From an uncultured Alphaproteobacteria bacterium (GTDB lineage: Bacteria > Pseudomonadota > Alphaproteobacteria > CAAHEQ01 > UBA3637), in assembly GCA_944392145.1 (NCBI GenBank), contig CALXVS010000004.1, positions 5,833 to 69,832 of the forward strand: DNA of 64,000 bases. The letters run 5' to 3'. A program made the position numbers and the translations under genes. The notes under the pieces are model-generated. The model worked only from the letters and a program-made list of their open reading frames with translations, was not told where the DNA came from and searched no databases. Position 1 is the first letter of the stretch. Every line of letters begins with the position of its first letter. This document shows, in pieces, positions 9,002 through 19,175 of the stretch.

Positions 9002-10662
9002 AGCATATCCCCTTGGTTCAAACAGGTTTCATCAATCTTTTTCTGACGACGATATTTTTTAAGTTGTGCCTCTACTTGTAACTCGGCTTCCTCACGTAAA
9101 GACCGAGCGGCACGCGATGCTTTAATTTGCCCTTCAATATCGGCAACATTGGCCCGCGTTAAATAAACATCTCCCTCTTCATCTGTTCGCAAAGCAGCAA
9201 TCAAACGACGCGCTTGTTCCTCGGGCGTCAAGCTGATAATTTCTTTAACTTGTTGATACAAAGCCTGTTTATCGGCACCATTTTTTATCTTTTGATTAAT
9301 ATAGGCTTCTTTAGCCGCCCGTTCAACCGGTGGCATTTGAACAGCCAACCCATTGGCCTCATTAGCGGCAATGGCAGCAGCGGCTTCATCCAGATAAGCC
9401 TTTTTACGTGCCTTGATTTGTTCTTTCAAGACTTTCATACGGGCTTCATTTTTAAAATCAATTTGCCCCGTAACATCCGGTTCGACCACAAGATTATATT
9501 TCGTCATCATCCCCTGCGCCGTTTTTTGAATCACATCGTGTTGGCGCTGTGTAACCTCCTGAATTTTTTCACTGGAACTTAATTGCTTTTTAAGGGCCTG
9601 ATATACTTCTAACCGATTGTGATTCAACGTATCGGGGGAGCGCTGTCCCACATCTGAACGCACCTGAAAGCTTCGCCCCACAAAATCCTGCCCCATTTCA
9701 CCATTCGGATTATAGGCCGTGAAACCGCTTTCGGCAAACGTTTGCCATGGCGCGGGTGTCTCGGGGAATAAGGCAGTGGTTCCATCTTGATTCTTTAAAT
9801 AAATAACACTTTCACCCACCGGCGGCAAAGGCTTAGGCGCCGCAGCAGGTGCCTGACGCATCCGATCTGGCATCAACAAGGCTCGTTCGGGCTTGGCCGC
9901 TGATAAAGCAGCAATATACGCATTATGCGCCAATACAACCTCACCATGTTGTTTATAATCATATTTTGAATCACCAATCAAAGGCCTTCCAGTCGGTGGA
10001 ATACCAAAAAATGCATTGATTTCATTATATTTTTGATCATACGCCCGATCAACTAAATACTTTTGGTCTTTCCACAATGGGAAAACAGCCGTATTGGGCT
10101 TTTTGGGTTCCCCCCATTGTTCGGGGTTTTGATAGACATCATTTAAAATCGCGCGCCCCAATGACCAATACATAAACATCTCACTTAATTCTTGATCTGT
10201 TGCCGGATGATTGCTGGTTAACAGCTGTGTCTTTTTTTCATCAGGCGACAAAACGGTTGATGAATTAAAATAAATGGCTAAGTCTTTTTCATCTCCGTCA
10301 TATTTTTCCTTCATTTTACGCCAAACTTCTTCCGGGTTCTTAAAATATTCTTCCAACCGTTGAATATTGCATGCCTCCATAGCCGCATAACGCCGCCGAT
10401 CCTGAACGGTTTGATCTTTTGCCCGTTCAAAACGGGTTTGATCTAATTTATAATCGGGGAGCTTGTTTAAAAAATTATGCAATTCCGTTGCCTTAAGAAG
10501 TGGTGTTTGATAATCGGCCGCTTTTTGCACTTGTGGCAAAGGTTTAGGCTGTGGCACCCGAGCACGTGTAAATGTATTTTGAGCATTTGCTGAAATAACA
10601 CTCCCCATAATTAAACCGAATAACAAAGTACCCGATAGAATGATCCTCTTCATTTGTAACAT
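8998..10662 (-). CDS. Secreted coiled-coil protein (554 aa), T4SS-locus associated, function unknown
   Basis: Signal peptide (…SVISANAQN). Long K/E/Q-rich predicted coiled coils. Start overlaps the downstream gene (ATGA), suggesting operon coupling. Confidence 0.35.
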   Translation of the reverse strand: MLQMKRIILSGTLLFGLIMGSVISANAQNTFTRARVPQPKPLPQVQKAADYQTPLLKATELHNFLNKLPDYKLDQTRFERAKDQTVQDRRRYAAMEACNIQRLEEYFKNPEEVWRKMKEKYDGDEKDLAIYFNSSTVLSPDEKKTQLLTSNHPATDQELSEMFMYWSLGRAILNDVYQNPEQWGEPKKPNTAVFPLWKDQKYLVDRAYDQKYNEINAFFGIPPTGRPLIGDSKYDYKQHGEVVLAHNAYIAALSAAKPERALLMPDRMRQAPAAAPKPLPPVGESVIYLKNQDGTTALFPETPAPWQTFAESGFTAYNPNGEMGQDFVGRSFQVRSDVGQRSPDTLNHNRLEVYQALKKQLSSSEKIQEVTQRQHDVIQKTAQGMMTKYNLVVEPDVTGQIDFKNEARMKVLKEQIKARKKAYLDEAAAAIAANEANGLAVQMPPVERAAKEAYINQKIKNGADKQALYQQVKEIISLTPEEQARRLIAALRTDEEGDVYLTRANVADIEGQIKASRAARSLREEAELQVEAQLKKYRRQKKIDETCLNQGDML

Positions 10663-10677
10663 GCCCCTTTTCCCACC

Positions 10678-11448
10678 TTAAATCGTTTTATTTGCATCTG
10701 CCGTGTTCTCTTGAACAGCGCCTGTCTCTATAATTGGTGTTGTCAATTCACCCACCTGACGTCGCATATCTAATGCCTTATGTTTTAACCGCAACGCTAA
10801 CACTTGTTGTTTATATGTCAACAATTGACTCCATACAACACGCAAAGCGGCATTACCGCGAAATGCCGCATTTAAATTTTCATCCGAGCCGTCTCCTTCC
10901 GTCGGACCAATTGCCTCAATTTCATCAGCCATTTTTTTCAACTCGGACAATTGGTTTTTCAAAAACAACACATTCGCCAACATATCAATTGTTTCGGATT
11001 GCCGCTCATAGGCATCTTCCATCTTTTTACGATTAATTGACTCCAACGTACCGGCATCACTGACCATTTTATTTTGTTCTGCATCAATAACTGATTCTGT
11101 CGGGTTATCAATCGGATCTTCCCCCTCTTTATTTCCGGAAACCTGATCCGTTGCTGCAGGAGCAGAAACTTTTTGAACCGCAGTTTGTCTTAAATCTTCA
11201 GCACCACCCGACAATAATGTTTGTTTTTCAATAGTCTGTGTCGTATCCAAGCGTGATTCTTGCACTGTTTGTAACTTTACATTTAACGATGACGATTTTT
11301 GCGATGTGCTGGCCGTATCCATAATCGGAAAAGGCGGGGGACAAACACCCGTCAATGTTTCGGGACATCCCATATATTGGGCATAAGCACTGCCAATAAA
11401 AACCATTGACATACACACACACCACATCATTTTATTTACATTTTTCAT
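10678..11448 (-). CDS. Secreted helical protein (256 aa), unknown; VirB5/TrbJ-like is speculative
   Basis: Signal peptide (MSMVFIGSAYAQ). Cysteine pair near the N-terminus. Coiled-coil C-terminal part. Confidence 0.3.
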   Translation of the reverse strand: MKNVNKMMWCVCMSMVFIGSAYAQYMGCPETLTGVCPPPFPIMDTASTSQKSSSLNVKLQTVQESRLDTTQTIEKQTLLSGGAEDLRQTAVQKVSAPAATDQVSGNKEGEDPIDNPTESVIDAEQNKMVSDAGTLESINRKKMEDAYERQSETIDMLANVLFLKNQLSELKKMADEIEAIGPTEGDGSDENLNAAFRGNAALRVVWSQLLTYKQQVLALRLKHKALDMRRQVGELTTPIIETGAVQENTADANKTI

Positions 11449-11621
11449 ATCTTATCCCATTCTTTTTTCTTACCTGCATCGCCTCTCATTTAAGCTTACA
11501 GCAAAAAACTGATACTGGTAAATACTTGAATAATCCTCTTTACCGGCGCTTTCACCCTTTGAGCTCAAACAAACAACTTTTTTCATATTTTTTATTTCTA
11601 TCAGCAACATCCTTATCCCCT

Positions 11622-12392
11622 TTACGGAACAATTGCCAACCTACCGGGCATAATTTGCGGTCCTTCGGCATCCGGCTCGGCCTCTTTTGGTGCTGGCGTT
11701 TCTGGTTCTTCCTGTTCGGGCAACGGATCGGGTTTTGAAAGCACTAATACCGGTTCAGTCTGTAATGTATCAACAACACTCCGTTCTAATAAGGCAATTT
11801 GGAAACCGATTTCAGCAATCGTTTGACGAATTAAGGCCTGCACAACAGTTGAATCAACAGCGATATCCTCTAAAATACCACAGGTCTCAGCCGACATTTC
11901 CGCGGCTTTTTTCTTATCATCTGCCAATTTTTCCAACACCCCCGCGGCCAAAGAACGCATGTGTTCTTGAAATTCCTCATTATAAGCTTGACGAGTATCC
12001 ATGATTTTTTGTTCAGCCTCAGGCGTCAGTGGCTCTTCCCCCGGTTCATAAAAATAAGTACTTTTAACAAAATCAAGAGCACTTTCTTTTGTTTTTTGTG
12101 GGGCATTGTATTTGGATGCGTCAGCCTTTTCAAAATATTCCGCATTCATAAAAGCGTAAGCCGTTGTCAATTCAGGTAATTTCACACCACATGATTCACT
12201 GTAACTTTGGTTTTGCTCATCGTTTTGGTCATTCTTCATTTTTTGCGCTTCCAATTGCTCTGTCCGGCCGGCCTGTTCACTTGGTAAATTAGACGTTGCC
12301 CGCGCGGCATCAAACGCCATCGGATCACCCGCAAAAACGGAAACATTCCAACAAACAACACCGATAATTATCAAAAAACATAATCCTCGCAT
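11622..12392 (-). CDS. Secreted acidic coiled-coil protein (256 aa), unknown
   Basis: Signal peptide (VVCWNVSVFAGD). Same operon orientation. Confidence 0.3.
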   Translation of the reverse strand: MRGLCFLIIIGVVCWNVSVFAGDPMAFDAARATSNLPSEQAGRTEQLEAQKMKNDQNDEQNQSYSESCGVKLPELTTAYAFMNAEYFEKADASKYNAPQKTKESALDFVKSTYFYEPGEEPLTPEAEQKIMDTRQAYNEEFQEHMRSLAAGVLEKLADDKKKAAEMSAETCGILEDIAVDSTVVQALIRQTIAEIGFQIALLERSVVDTLQTEPVLVLSKPDPLPEQEEPETPAPKEAEPDAEGPQIMPGRLAIVP

Positions 12393-12401
12393 TTTCTTTA
12401 C

Positions 12402-13601
12402 TCACTTATTTCCATACGCCTTTTTAAGACATTCTTGTCGTTGTACACCCGTAACAACAGTTCCAAGATCCCCATCATGAAAATAACAATATTCTCTCCC
12501 TTGTGCTTGACAGGTTTTATATTCTTGATACTTTGTTTCTGCTTGTGCTAATGCGTTTTGAATTTTCGCAACCATTTGTTTTTTCGTTATTTCCTTTATT
12601 CCCGGATAGTTTGAAACAACCTCTGCTTTTCTTTCAGCCGTGGACTTAAGACACGCATAGAAAACATCTCTGTCATACTTATCGGCTTTCTCTTCCAATG
12701 ACGCAATTTCCACAGTTTTTGTTTCTTGAGCCCGAGTTATTGACCCTGCGGCAGTATCCTTTTTACCGGTTGCCTCTTGAGCCCGTTTTTCGCGTTCCTC
12801 GGCTGTTAATTCGGCTCCCCGCAAACTGCCCAAAGCATCTAACTCCATCATTTGAGCATAAAGCCCTTTAATTTCATTTAATTTTTGATACGAATGAACC
12901 GTCGTTGAGGCCGTCGCAGACAATACCCCTGTAAATGTGGTTGCCGCTTCCACCTTTTGCCGATCCTCATCAATTTCCTGTTGCGCTTTAGCCGATAATT
13001 CAAAGGACCTCTTGGCATTATCCAATGCCCGCATCACTCCCGCCGCAACAAGACGATTTTGCAAATCTTGTGTTGCATAAAGCTGTTCTGGCTTTGATTT
13101 GTCAATTAAAACAACCTCGGCAATTTTTTTCTTTACTTGAGCCGGATCGGGTTGCTCTTCTTCCAGTAACAAAGCAATATCTTCTGGAACGATTGGTGGC
13201 AAAGAATCAATCGGCAAAATGCTATTTAATATGTCAGCACTGTTTGTATTACTCCCTTTAAGCTGTTTAACGGCAATAGATTCAACTGTTTTTTCAGTGT
13301 CATTTTCCACCACTGCTACAGACGCCAAATTATCTTGTTCCGTTAACACTGTTGTCTGATCTTGTGTATTTTGAGTTATATCCGACATCTGCGAAGAAAT
13401 GGATTCATCATAATTAAAATTATCCATATTAATTTTTTCTACAGAATACGTTGCGTTTTGATACATGTTCTCCTCTGAAACCGCAACATTATCCGACGTA
13501 TCTTCAACCAACTTAACGACATCTGGATGTTCCTGGGCAACCGCAGAAAGAACAATGCAACTCCCCGTCACAACCGACAAAATGATTTTACACAATTTCA
13601 T
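12402..13601 (-). CDS. Secreted coiled-coil protein (399 aa), unknown
   Basis: Signal peptide (…GSCIVLSAVAQE). Long coiled-coil. Confidence 0.3.
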   Translation of the reverse strand: MKLCKIILSVVTGSCIVLSAVAQEHPDVVKLVEDTSDNVAVSEENMYQNATYSVEKINMDNFNYDESISSQMSDITQNTQDQTTVLTEQDNLASVAVVENDTEKTVESIAVKQLKGSNTNSADILNSILPIDSLPPIVPEDIALLLEEEQPDPAQVKKKIAEVVLIDKSKPEQLYATQDLQNRLVAAGVMRALDNAKRSFELSAKAQQEIDEDRQKVEAATTFTGVLSATASTTVHSYQKLNEIKGLYAQMMELDALGSLRGAELTAEEREKRAQEATGKKDTAAGSITRAQETKTVEIASLEEKADKYDRDVFYACLKSTAERKAEVVSNYPGIKEITKKQMVAKIQNALAQAETKYQEYKTCQAQGREYCYFHDGDLGTVVTGVQRQECLKKAYGNK

Positions 13602-14260
13602 TCTACCCCCCCATTACCCGTTTCAGGCGCTTTTAGGGCATCGCCAACATTATATTGAATGGCACTGCTTTGAATAGACTGAGCCGCAATATCAATCAAA
13701 ACAGCCGTATCCCTTGCCAATTGAATCGTTGACAAAGACAAAACCGTAATCATATCTTTTTCCGTTGTGGCGGTCTGAATCCGCTGGTTCAGTTGATTTA
13801 TCTGATCTGGCAATTGTGCAGCACTCATTGAATAAACCCACGCATTGGCCAACCCTGTCATTCCCAGTTCTTTTTCGGCGGTGGCCTGATTTGTCCGAAC
13901 CGACTTCATCTGAGACATATCAACCTTTGACGTATCTTTGGGAACTTGCATGTTTTCTTTAATATTTGCTTTGGCAACGGCCGGATTTTTTTTATCTTCC
14001 GCACTAACACCGGGCACTTCCGGTTCGGCGGGTTCCAACAACGACTCTTTTAAAAAATCTATCCCGGGAACACCCAATTTCCCCAAACTATTTAAAATAC
14101 CGGCCAACGTTTGATCCAATGCTTGGCGCTTGGCTTCATTTCCCATTTCTGATGCCTTTTGCCCCGAAATTTGAACCAATGCTTGTGAATCCTGAACATT
14201 TTGGGCATAAGAAGGGAATCCCAACAAAAAAACAGCTAACGCGATTATGACTTTCTTCAT
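13598..14260 (-). CDS. Secreted protein (~220 aa), unknown
   Basis: Probable start MKKVIIALAVFLLGFPSYAQ; the ORF-track start further upstream looks like an extension. ATGA overlap with the neighbouring gene. Confidence 0.3.
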   Translation of the reverse strand: MKKVIIALAVFLLGFPSYAQNVQDSQALVQISGQKASEMGNEAKRQALDQTLAGILNSLGKLGVPGIDFLKESLLEPAEPEVPGVSAEDKKNPAVAKANIKENMQVPKDTSKVDMSQMKSVRTNQATAEKELGMTGLANAWVYSMSAAQLPDQINQLNQRIQTATTEKDMITVLSLSTIQLARDTAVLIDIAAQSIQSSAIQYNVGDALKAPETGNGGVE

Positions 14261-14634
14261 GAATCGGTATTCTCCTTTGTCGCAGTAACAGCACTTAAGG
14301 CACTGGTTGCCTCCATATGCGCTTGATATGCTATCAAGGTGAAAAAATCTATTTCCAACCACAAAAGTGTGATATCTGCCCCCGTCAGTGCCTTTAAAGC
14401 ACTTCGCTTATCCGTAGAAGCATTCTGAATATCCTGCTGCACTTTTTCCGAATTTCCCAAATACTCTTTGGCTAACTCGGAACGATTCAAAGCCTGTGCC
14501 AACGCTTCGGCAGTTACCTCTTTTGTATCGGGCAACTCGGAGGTTTCTTCCGTCTTTGTTTGAGCGTAAGCAACACCCGCCGACAAAAGAACCACTAATA
14601 TGATCCAAAATCTCCCTCGCATTACACTCACCAT
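14257..14634 (-). CDS. Secreted small protein (125 aa), unknown
   Basis: Signal peptide (ILVVLLSAGVAYAQT). Confidence 0.3.
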   Translation of the reverse strand: MVSVMRGRFWIILVVLLSAGVAYAQTKTEETSELPDTKEVTAEALAQALNRSELAKEYLGNSEKVQQDIQNASTDKRSALKALTGADITLLWLEIDFFTLIAYQAHMEATSALSAVTATKENTDS

Positions 14635-14945
14635 CCGGCAGCATCCTTAGCGGAACTACCCGCTGACGACAATGAATCAGTTGCCGATCCACCTCCAGTC
14701 GTCAATCCGGTTGAACCCAACACACCGTTCCCCGACATAGTCCCAGCAGTTCCCAACCCCAACCCTGTGTCTACACCTGTTGCCAACGTCGCAGTTTGAA
14801 TAACTTTTTGAGCGGAAATGCTGGCAATACCGTCTAATGTCAAGGGTAATTGATCATATCCAACAATCGGTACCAGCGCCCCTGCTGACATACTTTTAAA
14901 AAGTATAATCAAAAATACGCCCCAAATACCTTGCTTTAATGTCAT
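14628..14945 (-). CDS. Small hydrophobic Gly/Thr-rich protein (105 aa), first gene of the T4SS-associated operon
   Basis: N-terminal hydrophobic segment, then a GxG-rich tail. RBS-like AGGAGG upstream at ~14950. Confidence 0.3.
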   Translation of the reverse strand: MTLKQGIWGVFLIILFKSMSAGALVPIVGYDQLPLTLDGIASISAQKVIQTATLATGVDTGLGLGTAGTMSGNGVLGSTGLTTGGGSATDSLSSAGSSAKDAAGW

Positions 14946-15019
14946 GGGCAGGCCTCCTTTTTTAACGTTTATCTTTTCTTTTTATTATACCCCATTTTTC
15001 AAACGGCGCAAGTTTTTTT

Positions 15020-15877
15020 TCATACCTTTTGCATCGCGATTGAAACAACGTTTTTTAAAAGCATTGTTATCGTCATGGGGCCCACCCCGCCCGGCACAGG
15101 CGTCAAAGCCCCGGCTTGTCCTTCAACAGAAGTCCTGTCAACATCTCCGGTCAAATGACCATCTGCATTCTTTGTGATACCGACATCAATCACAATTGCA
15201 CCGGATTTAACATGATCTTTTGTAATCAATCCGCCATGTCCGGTCGCAGAAATCAAAATGTCGGCTTGTGACGTAATATCTTTCAGATTTTTAGTCCTGG
15301 AATGTGCCTGTGTAACCGTACATTGGGCATCTAACAATAATTGCGCCAACGGCTTACCGACAAGCCGCGACCGACCGACAATAACCGCATACATCCCTTC
15401 TGTAGAAGGGCAGACGGCGTGAATCAGCTCCAGGCATGCCATCGGCGTGCAAGGCACCAATGCCGGGTGACCGGCAAATAATTTTCCCAAATTAATACTG
15501 TGCAATCCATCAGCGTCCTTTTCAGGCGCAATACTTTCCAAAACCCGAGCCGTATCCATGTGTTCGGGTAACGGCAACTGTACCAAAACCGCATCAATTT
15601 CGGCATTTTCATTCAATTCCCGAATAAAAGAAATCAAGGCATCCTCGGTCATCACTGGAGATAAGTGAAATAACCGCGTCTCAATGCCGACTTTAGAGGC
15701 TTTTACTGTTTTGTTACGCACATATGTCAAACTGGCCGGATGATCACCGACCAAAACAACAGCTAAAACCGGTTTTTTAGGTAATTTTTCCACCTGCTGT
15801 GCCAATTCGGCCTGAATTTTTTCAGCCAATGCTTTGCCGTCAATGATTTGTGTCTGCATTTTATCCTCTTTCATCAA
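15020..15877 (-). CDS. folD: Bifunctional methylenetetrahydrofolate dehydrogenase/cyclohydrolase
   Basis: Conserved FolD blocks (IIDGKALAEKIQ…, VGDHPASLTYVRNK, PVPGGVGPMT). Confidence 0.85.
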   Translation of the reverse strand: MMKEDKMQTQIIDGKALAEKIQAELAQQVEKLPKKPVLAVVLVGDHPASLTYVRNKTVKASKVGIETRLFHLSPVMTEDALISFIRELNENAEIDAVLVQLPLPEHMDTARVLESIAPEKDADGLHSINLGKLFAGHPALVPCTPMACLELIHAVCPSTEGMYAVIVGRSRLVGKPLAQLLLDAQCTVTQAHSRTKNLKDITSQADILISATGHGGLITKDHVKSGAIVIDVGITKNADGHLTGDVDRTSVEGQAGALTPVPGGVGPMTITMLLKNVVSIAMQKV

Positions 15878-17028
15878 TGATAAACAATAACCGCTAACCG
15901 TTTATACCCCGTCAACAACTTATCTGACAACAGAGCCATTTGTTCTAACCGTGCTTGTTCTTTTAACTCCTCCAATGATGGAACCAATTTGCGTTGTGTT
16001 TCCTCGCATTTCATAAAATACATGACACCACTCTCAACCGTCACAGGCCCCGCCAAAGTGCCTGTTTTTAGTGGGGTCAGCAATTCTTTCAACGGAACAG
16101 GCAACTGTGCCGGTGATACCATACCGCGTTGTAAAGAACCGGGAAAAGCAGTTCCCTTCGCATGCATCTCAAATGTATCACATCCTTTAATGGGGGCTTC
16201 AAATGGTAACGGGAAAGAAGCCTGAACCACATCCCAAATATCAACATAATCCCCTGTTAAAGGGGCTTTTTTGTCATGAATCGCCACAATTAACCACCCT
16301 TTGTCAGTTTGAATCGGATCCGACAACTGTCCTGCATCCAACTTATCTAACACCGCCCAAACAGCCGCTCCATAATGCGCCGGCCCGATTTCACCGACAA
16401 AGCCCCCCTCTTTTTTCGTCGGCGCAATTGAATATAATCGTGCCAAATCATCAAAACGGGAATCTTTTAACCCTTCGGCCACCGTGCGTATTGTTGCTTC
16501 ATCTGCCACCAAAATTTCCGATACAATAGCTGCCGGCATCGCCAAAATCTTACGAATTTGCTCTTGTTTTTCCTTTAATGCTGCTTCAGAAACCTCAAAT
16601 GCATCTGTGCGATTCTTTTGCAACACTTGTAACCACAGTAAATCAGCTAAAATCTGATCTGTTAAGGTATTCAAAGCAATCCCGCGCTCTGTCAATGTTT
16701 TTGCAAGATCCCCTACTGCCATTTTGTTTTGCTGTTCTAAATGCCGAATGGCTTCCTGAATATCTGCTTCAGACACTGAAAATCCCTGTTTTAATGCAGC
16801 TTGCTTTTTAACAGCTTCCTCTATCAACATATCCAATACACGCCTTTGAATGGCCGCTGCAGATAAATTGTTAAATTCGCCGGGCTGTTGCAACCGAATC
16901 AATTTTGTTCGTTCAACAACATCAAAATTGGAAATCGGCACATCATTGACCGTCGCCGCAATTTTACCAGCCAATGCCGGCGATACCATAATCAAACTAC
17001 CAATAAAAAAAGCCGCGATTATCCTCAT
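15874..17028 (-). CDS. surA: Periplasmic chaperone / peptidyl-prolyl isomerase SurA
   Basis: Signal peptide; SurA N-domain and parvulin-like region. Immediately downstream of lptD (ATGA overlap), the canonical lptD-surA linkage. Confidence 0.8.
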   Translation of the reverse strand: MRIIAAFFIGSLIMVSPALAGKIAATVNDVPISNFDVVERTKLIRLQQPGEFNNLSAAAIQRRVLDMLIEEAVKKQAALKQGFSVSEADIQEAIRHLEQQNKMAVGDLAKTLTERGIALNTLTDQILADLLWLQVLQKNRTDAFEVSEAALKEKQEQIRKILAMPAAIVSEILVADEATIRTVAEGLKDSRFDDLARLYSIAPTKKEGGFVGEIGPAHYGAAVWAVLDKLDAGQLSDPIQTDKGWLIVAIHDKKAPLTGDYVDIWDVVQASFPLPFEAPIKGCDTFEMHAKGTAFPGSLQRGMVSPAQLPVPLKELLTPLKTGTLAGPVTVESGVMYFMKCEETQRKLVPSLEELKEQARLEQMALLSDKLLTGYKRLAVIVYH

Positions 17029-19175
17029 TCCATGCCCCCCAACGTTTTTAAAATAAACTTCACCATAAACGAAGTATCTCCTTTATAATCTCTATCTCGC
17101 GTATAAGAACGGCTGACATCAAATAAAATGCCTAAACACTCATTATCATACCTGGCCGTCACATCAAAACTGACCGGCCCGCCTGTCTTTCCCAAATTAT
17201 AACGGTAAGATCCTGCAAGTGTCCAATTTTGAGAAAATTTTGATGCTCCGTGTAGAACAATTTCTTCTCGCGACGGATAAAATGTATCCCCCATCTGCTC
17301 GCTTTTTAAATAGACATATTCAATGCCGACGCGCAAGGGGGCTGTTCCAGCCCATGCCTCAACCTCATGTTTGTTAGGGGTCAGGTTATCCTGATCCAAA
17401 CGAAAATGATATGCCAATGAAACCGGACCGTAATTCATTTTGATACGACCGACATAATCCGAAAAATTGGCATTATAGCCCATCAGAGCCCCCAAATCAT
17501 CATCTTTACGAAACCGATAAGATTGCCCGAATAACGTTGAAACCGACCGATTTTCCCGATCATACAATGCCCATTTGATACCGTAATTCAGGCGTGTCCC
17601 CGATTCAACCCGATCATAACCGGCAAAACGATTACGTGAAAATAAATTTGTATCATCAAAATCATAAATCAAACTGTCCATGTTAGGAATTTTTTTATCG
17701 TTACTGCCGTTCGGAGCAACAACACCCATCACAACGGGCTCTAATATCTGCATGACCCCCGTATCCGATACACGTGAAAGCGGGTAGCTTACCGTTGCCG
17801 AAAAACTGGGAAAAAAACGCCCTGTCACATAGGAATCATCAGCTTTGACACCCGTAAAACCATTTCTTCCGGAATCAATACTGTAACCGTCGGCACGAAT
17901 TGTTCCAACCATATCAACGGTCGCCCCAAAACCGGAAACATACGGCATCTGAAATCCTTGTGTAACAGATAAACGATTTGATTTAAAATGTTCTTTCGTA
18001 TTGATCAATGCCGCGTTAATATGCGAAAAAGCTGTTAGTCCTCCAGCCGTCAGCGGCAATGACGTCCGATAATAATTAAAAACCGGTAAAATGGTCGGAA
18101 TACTGTCGGATGAAACACCATCTTCTAAACTTTGAAAAGAGAGCCCACGCGCATTAAAATACACCCGTTCCCCAAAATATTCGGCCGTTGCATGCGAAGT
18201 TAAAAACGAATCGCTGTCATCTATCCCCTCAATATCATACCGCCGAAAATAAGTATCACTGGACACTTTAAACAATTCACCGGATAACCGCCAATCAGAG
18301 GTTAAATCATACACCCCCGCCGCACGGATGTGCCCTTGCTGTGACCCATCATCATCTCGTGTGCCACTTAAAGCCATTTTCAGTCCTGCTTTTGAAAAAA
18401 GCCCCTGATAATCCATTTGAATCAACGGATCATGCGTAACGGAAAGTGTGGGCGAAACAGTTAAATTTTGATTGGGAGCCACATCTATAAAAAAAGGCAG
18501 CGTTATTCCCCCCTTCATTGTTGACCCGTGGGATAAGCCCGGCGCCAAAAAACCCGTCTTACGTTTAACTGTATGATCCGGCATGCTTAAATAGGGGAAA
18601 TAAAACACAGGCACCCCACTCACATCAAAAAAAGAATGTTTAAAAACATACGCCTGATCCGGTGCATCATGCCGCATTTGCTTGGCACGTAATTGCCATA
18701 ACGGGTCTTTCCCCTCACATACATCACAAGGTGTATAACGTAAATTATTTAAATCTAAAATCGTCCCGCGTTCTTTTCGCTCTACATTTTCAGCTTTAAT
18801 TGTTGTTCCATCGGCCAACCGCATTTCAATCATTTTGCCTACCAATGCCGTCATATCGGCCGACAGCGTCATTTGCGCACTTTGTGTCACCGTGCCATCG
18901 GGTGAAATCAACGTTACTTGATCGGGCGCAAAAATTTGATTTTTACGTCGGTCAAATAAAATCCGTGGTGTTTTCAATACCGTTTTGTTTTGCGTGACAA
19001 TCACATTTCCCGTTGCCGTTACTACATCGTTTTGTGCATCATAAGCGATTGTGTCGGCTTCAAAATCAACGGGTTTATTTTGATTAAATCCATCAAAATC
19101 CGGTCGTGGCACGGCCAATGCCGATACAGATATCAGGCAAGTAACCACAATCGGTATTAACTTTTTGAAAAACAT
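17025..19175 (-). CDS. lptD: LPS assembly outer-membrane protein LptD (716 aa from internal Met 'MFFKKLIPIVVTCLISVSALAVP')
   Basis: OstA/LptD-like N-domain followed by a large beta-barrel with the C-terminal aromatic motif. Its own signal peptide starts at the internal ATG (revcomp of 19173-19175). Confidence 0.8.
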   Translation of the reverse strand: MFFKKLIPIVVTCLISVSALAVPRPDFDGFNQNKPVDFEADTIAYDAQNDVVTATGNVIVTQNKTVLKTPRILFDRRKNQIFAPDQVTLISPDGTVTQSAQMTLSADMTALVGKMIEMRLADGTTIKAENVERKERGTILDLNNLRYTPCDVCEGKDPLWQLRAKQMRHDAPDQAYVFKHSFFDVSGVPVFYFPYLSMPDHTVKRKTGFLAPGLSHGSTMKGGITLPFFIDVAPNQNLTVSPTLSVTHDPLIQMDYQGLFSKAGLKMALSGTRDDDGSQQGHIRAAGVYDLTSDWRLSGELFKVSSDTYFRRYDIEGIDDSDSFLTSHATAEYFGERVYFNARGLSFQSLEDGVSSDSIPTILPVFNYYRTSLPLTAGGLTAFSHINAALINTKEHFKSNRLSVTQGFQMPYVSGFGATVDMVGTIRADGYSIDSGRNGFTGVKADDSYVTGRFFPSFSATVSYPLSRVSDTGVMQILEPVVMGVVAPNGSNDKKIPNMDSLIYDFDDTNLFSRNRFAGYDRVESGTRLNYGIKWALYDRENRSVSTLFGQSYRFRKDDDLGALMGYNANFSDYVGRIKMNYGPVSLAYHFRLDQDNLTPNKHEVEAWAGTAPLRVGIEYVYLKSEQMGDTFYPSREEIVLHGASKFSQNWTLAGSYRYNLGKTGGPVSFDVTARYDNECLGILFDVSRSYTRDRDYKGDTSFMVKFILKTLGGME

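Noticed and set aside
9214-9582. 122-aa + strand ORF inside the 554-aa secreted protein gene
   Set aside because: Antisense to a longer, signal-peptide-bearing ORF that fits operon context.
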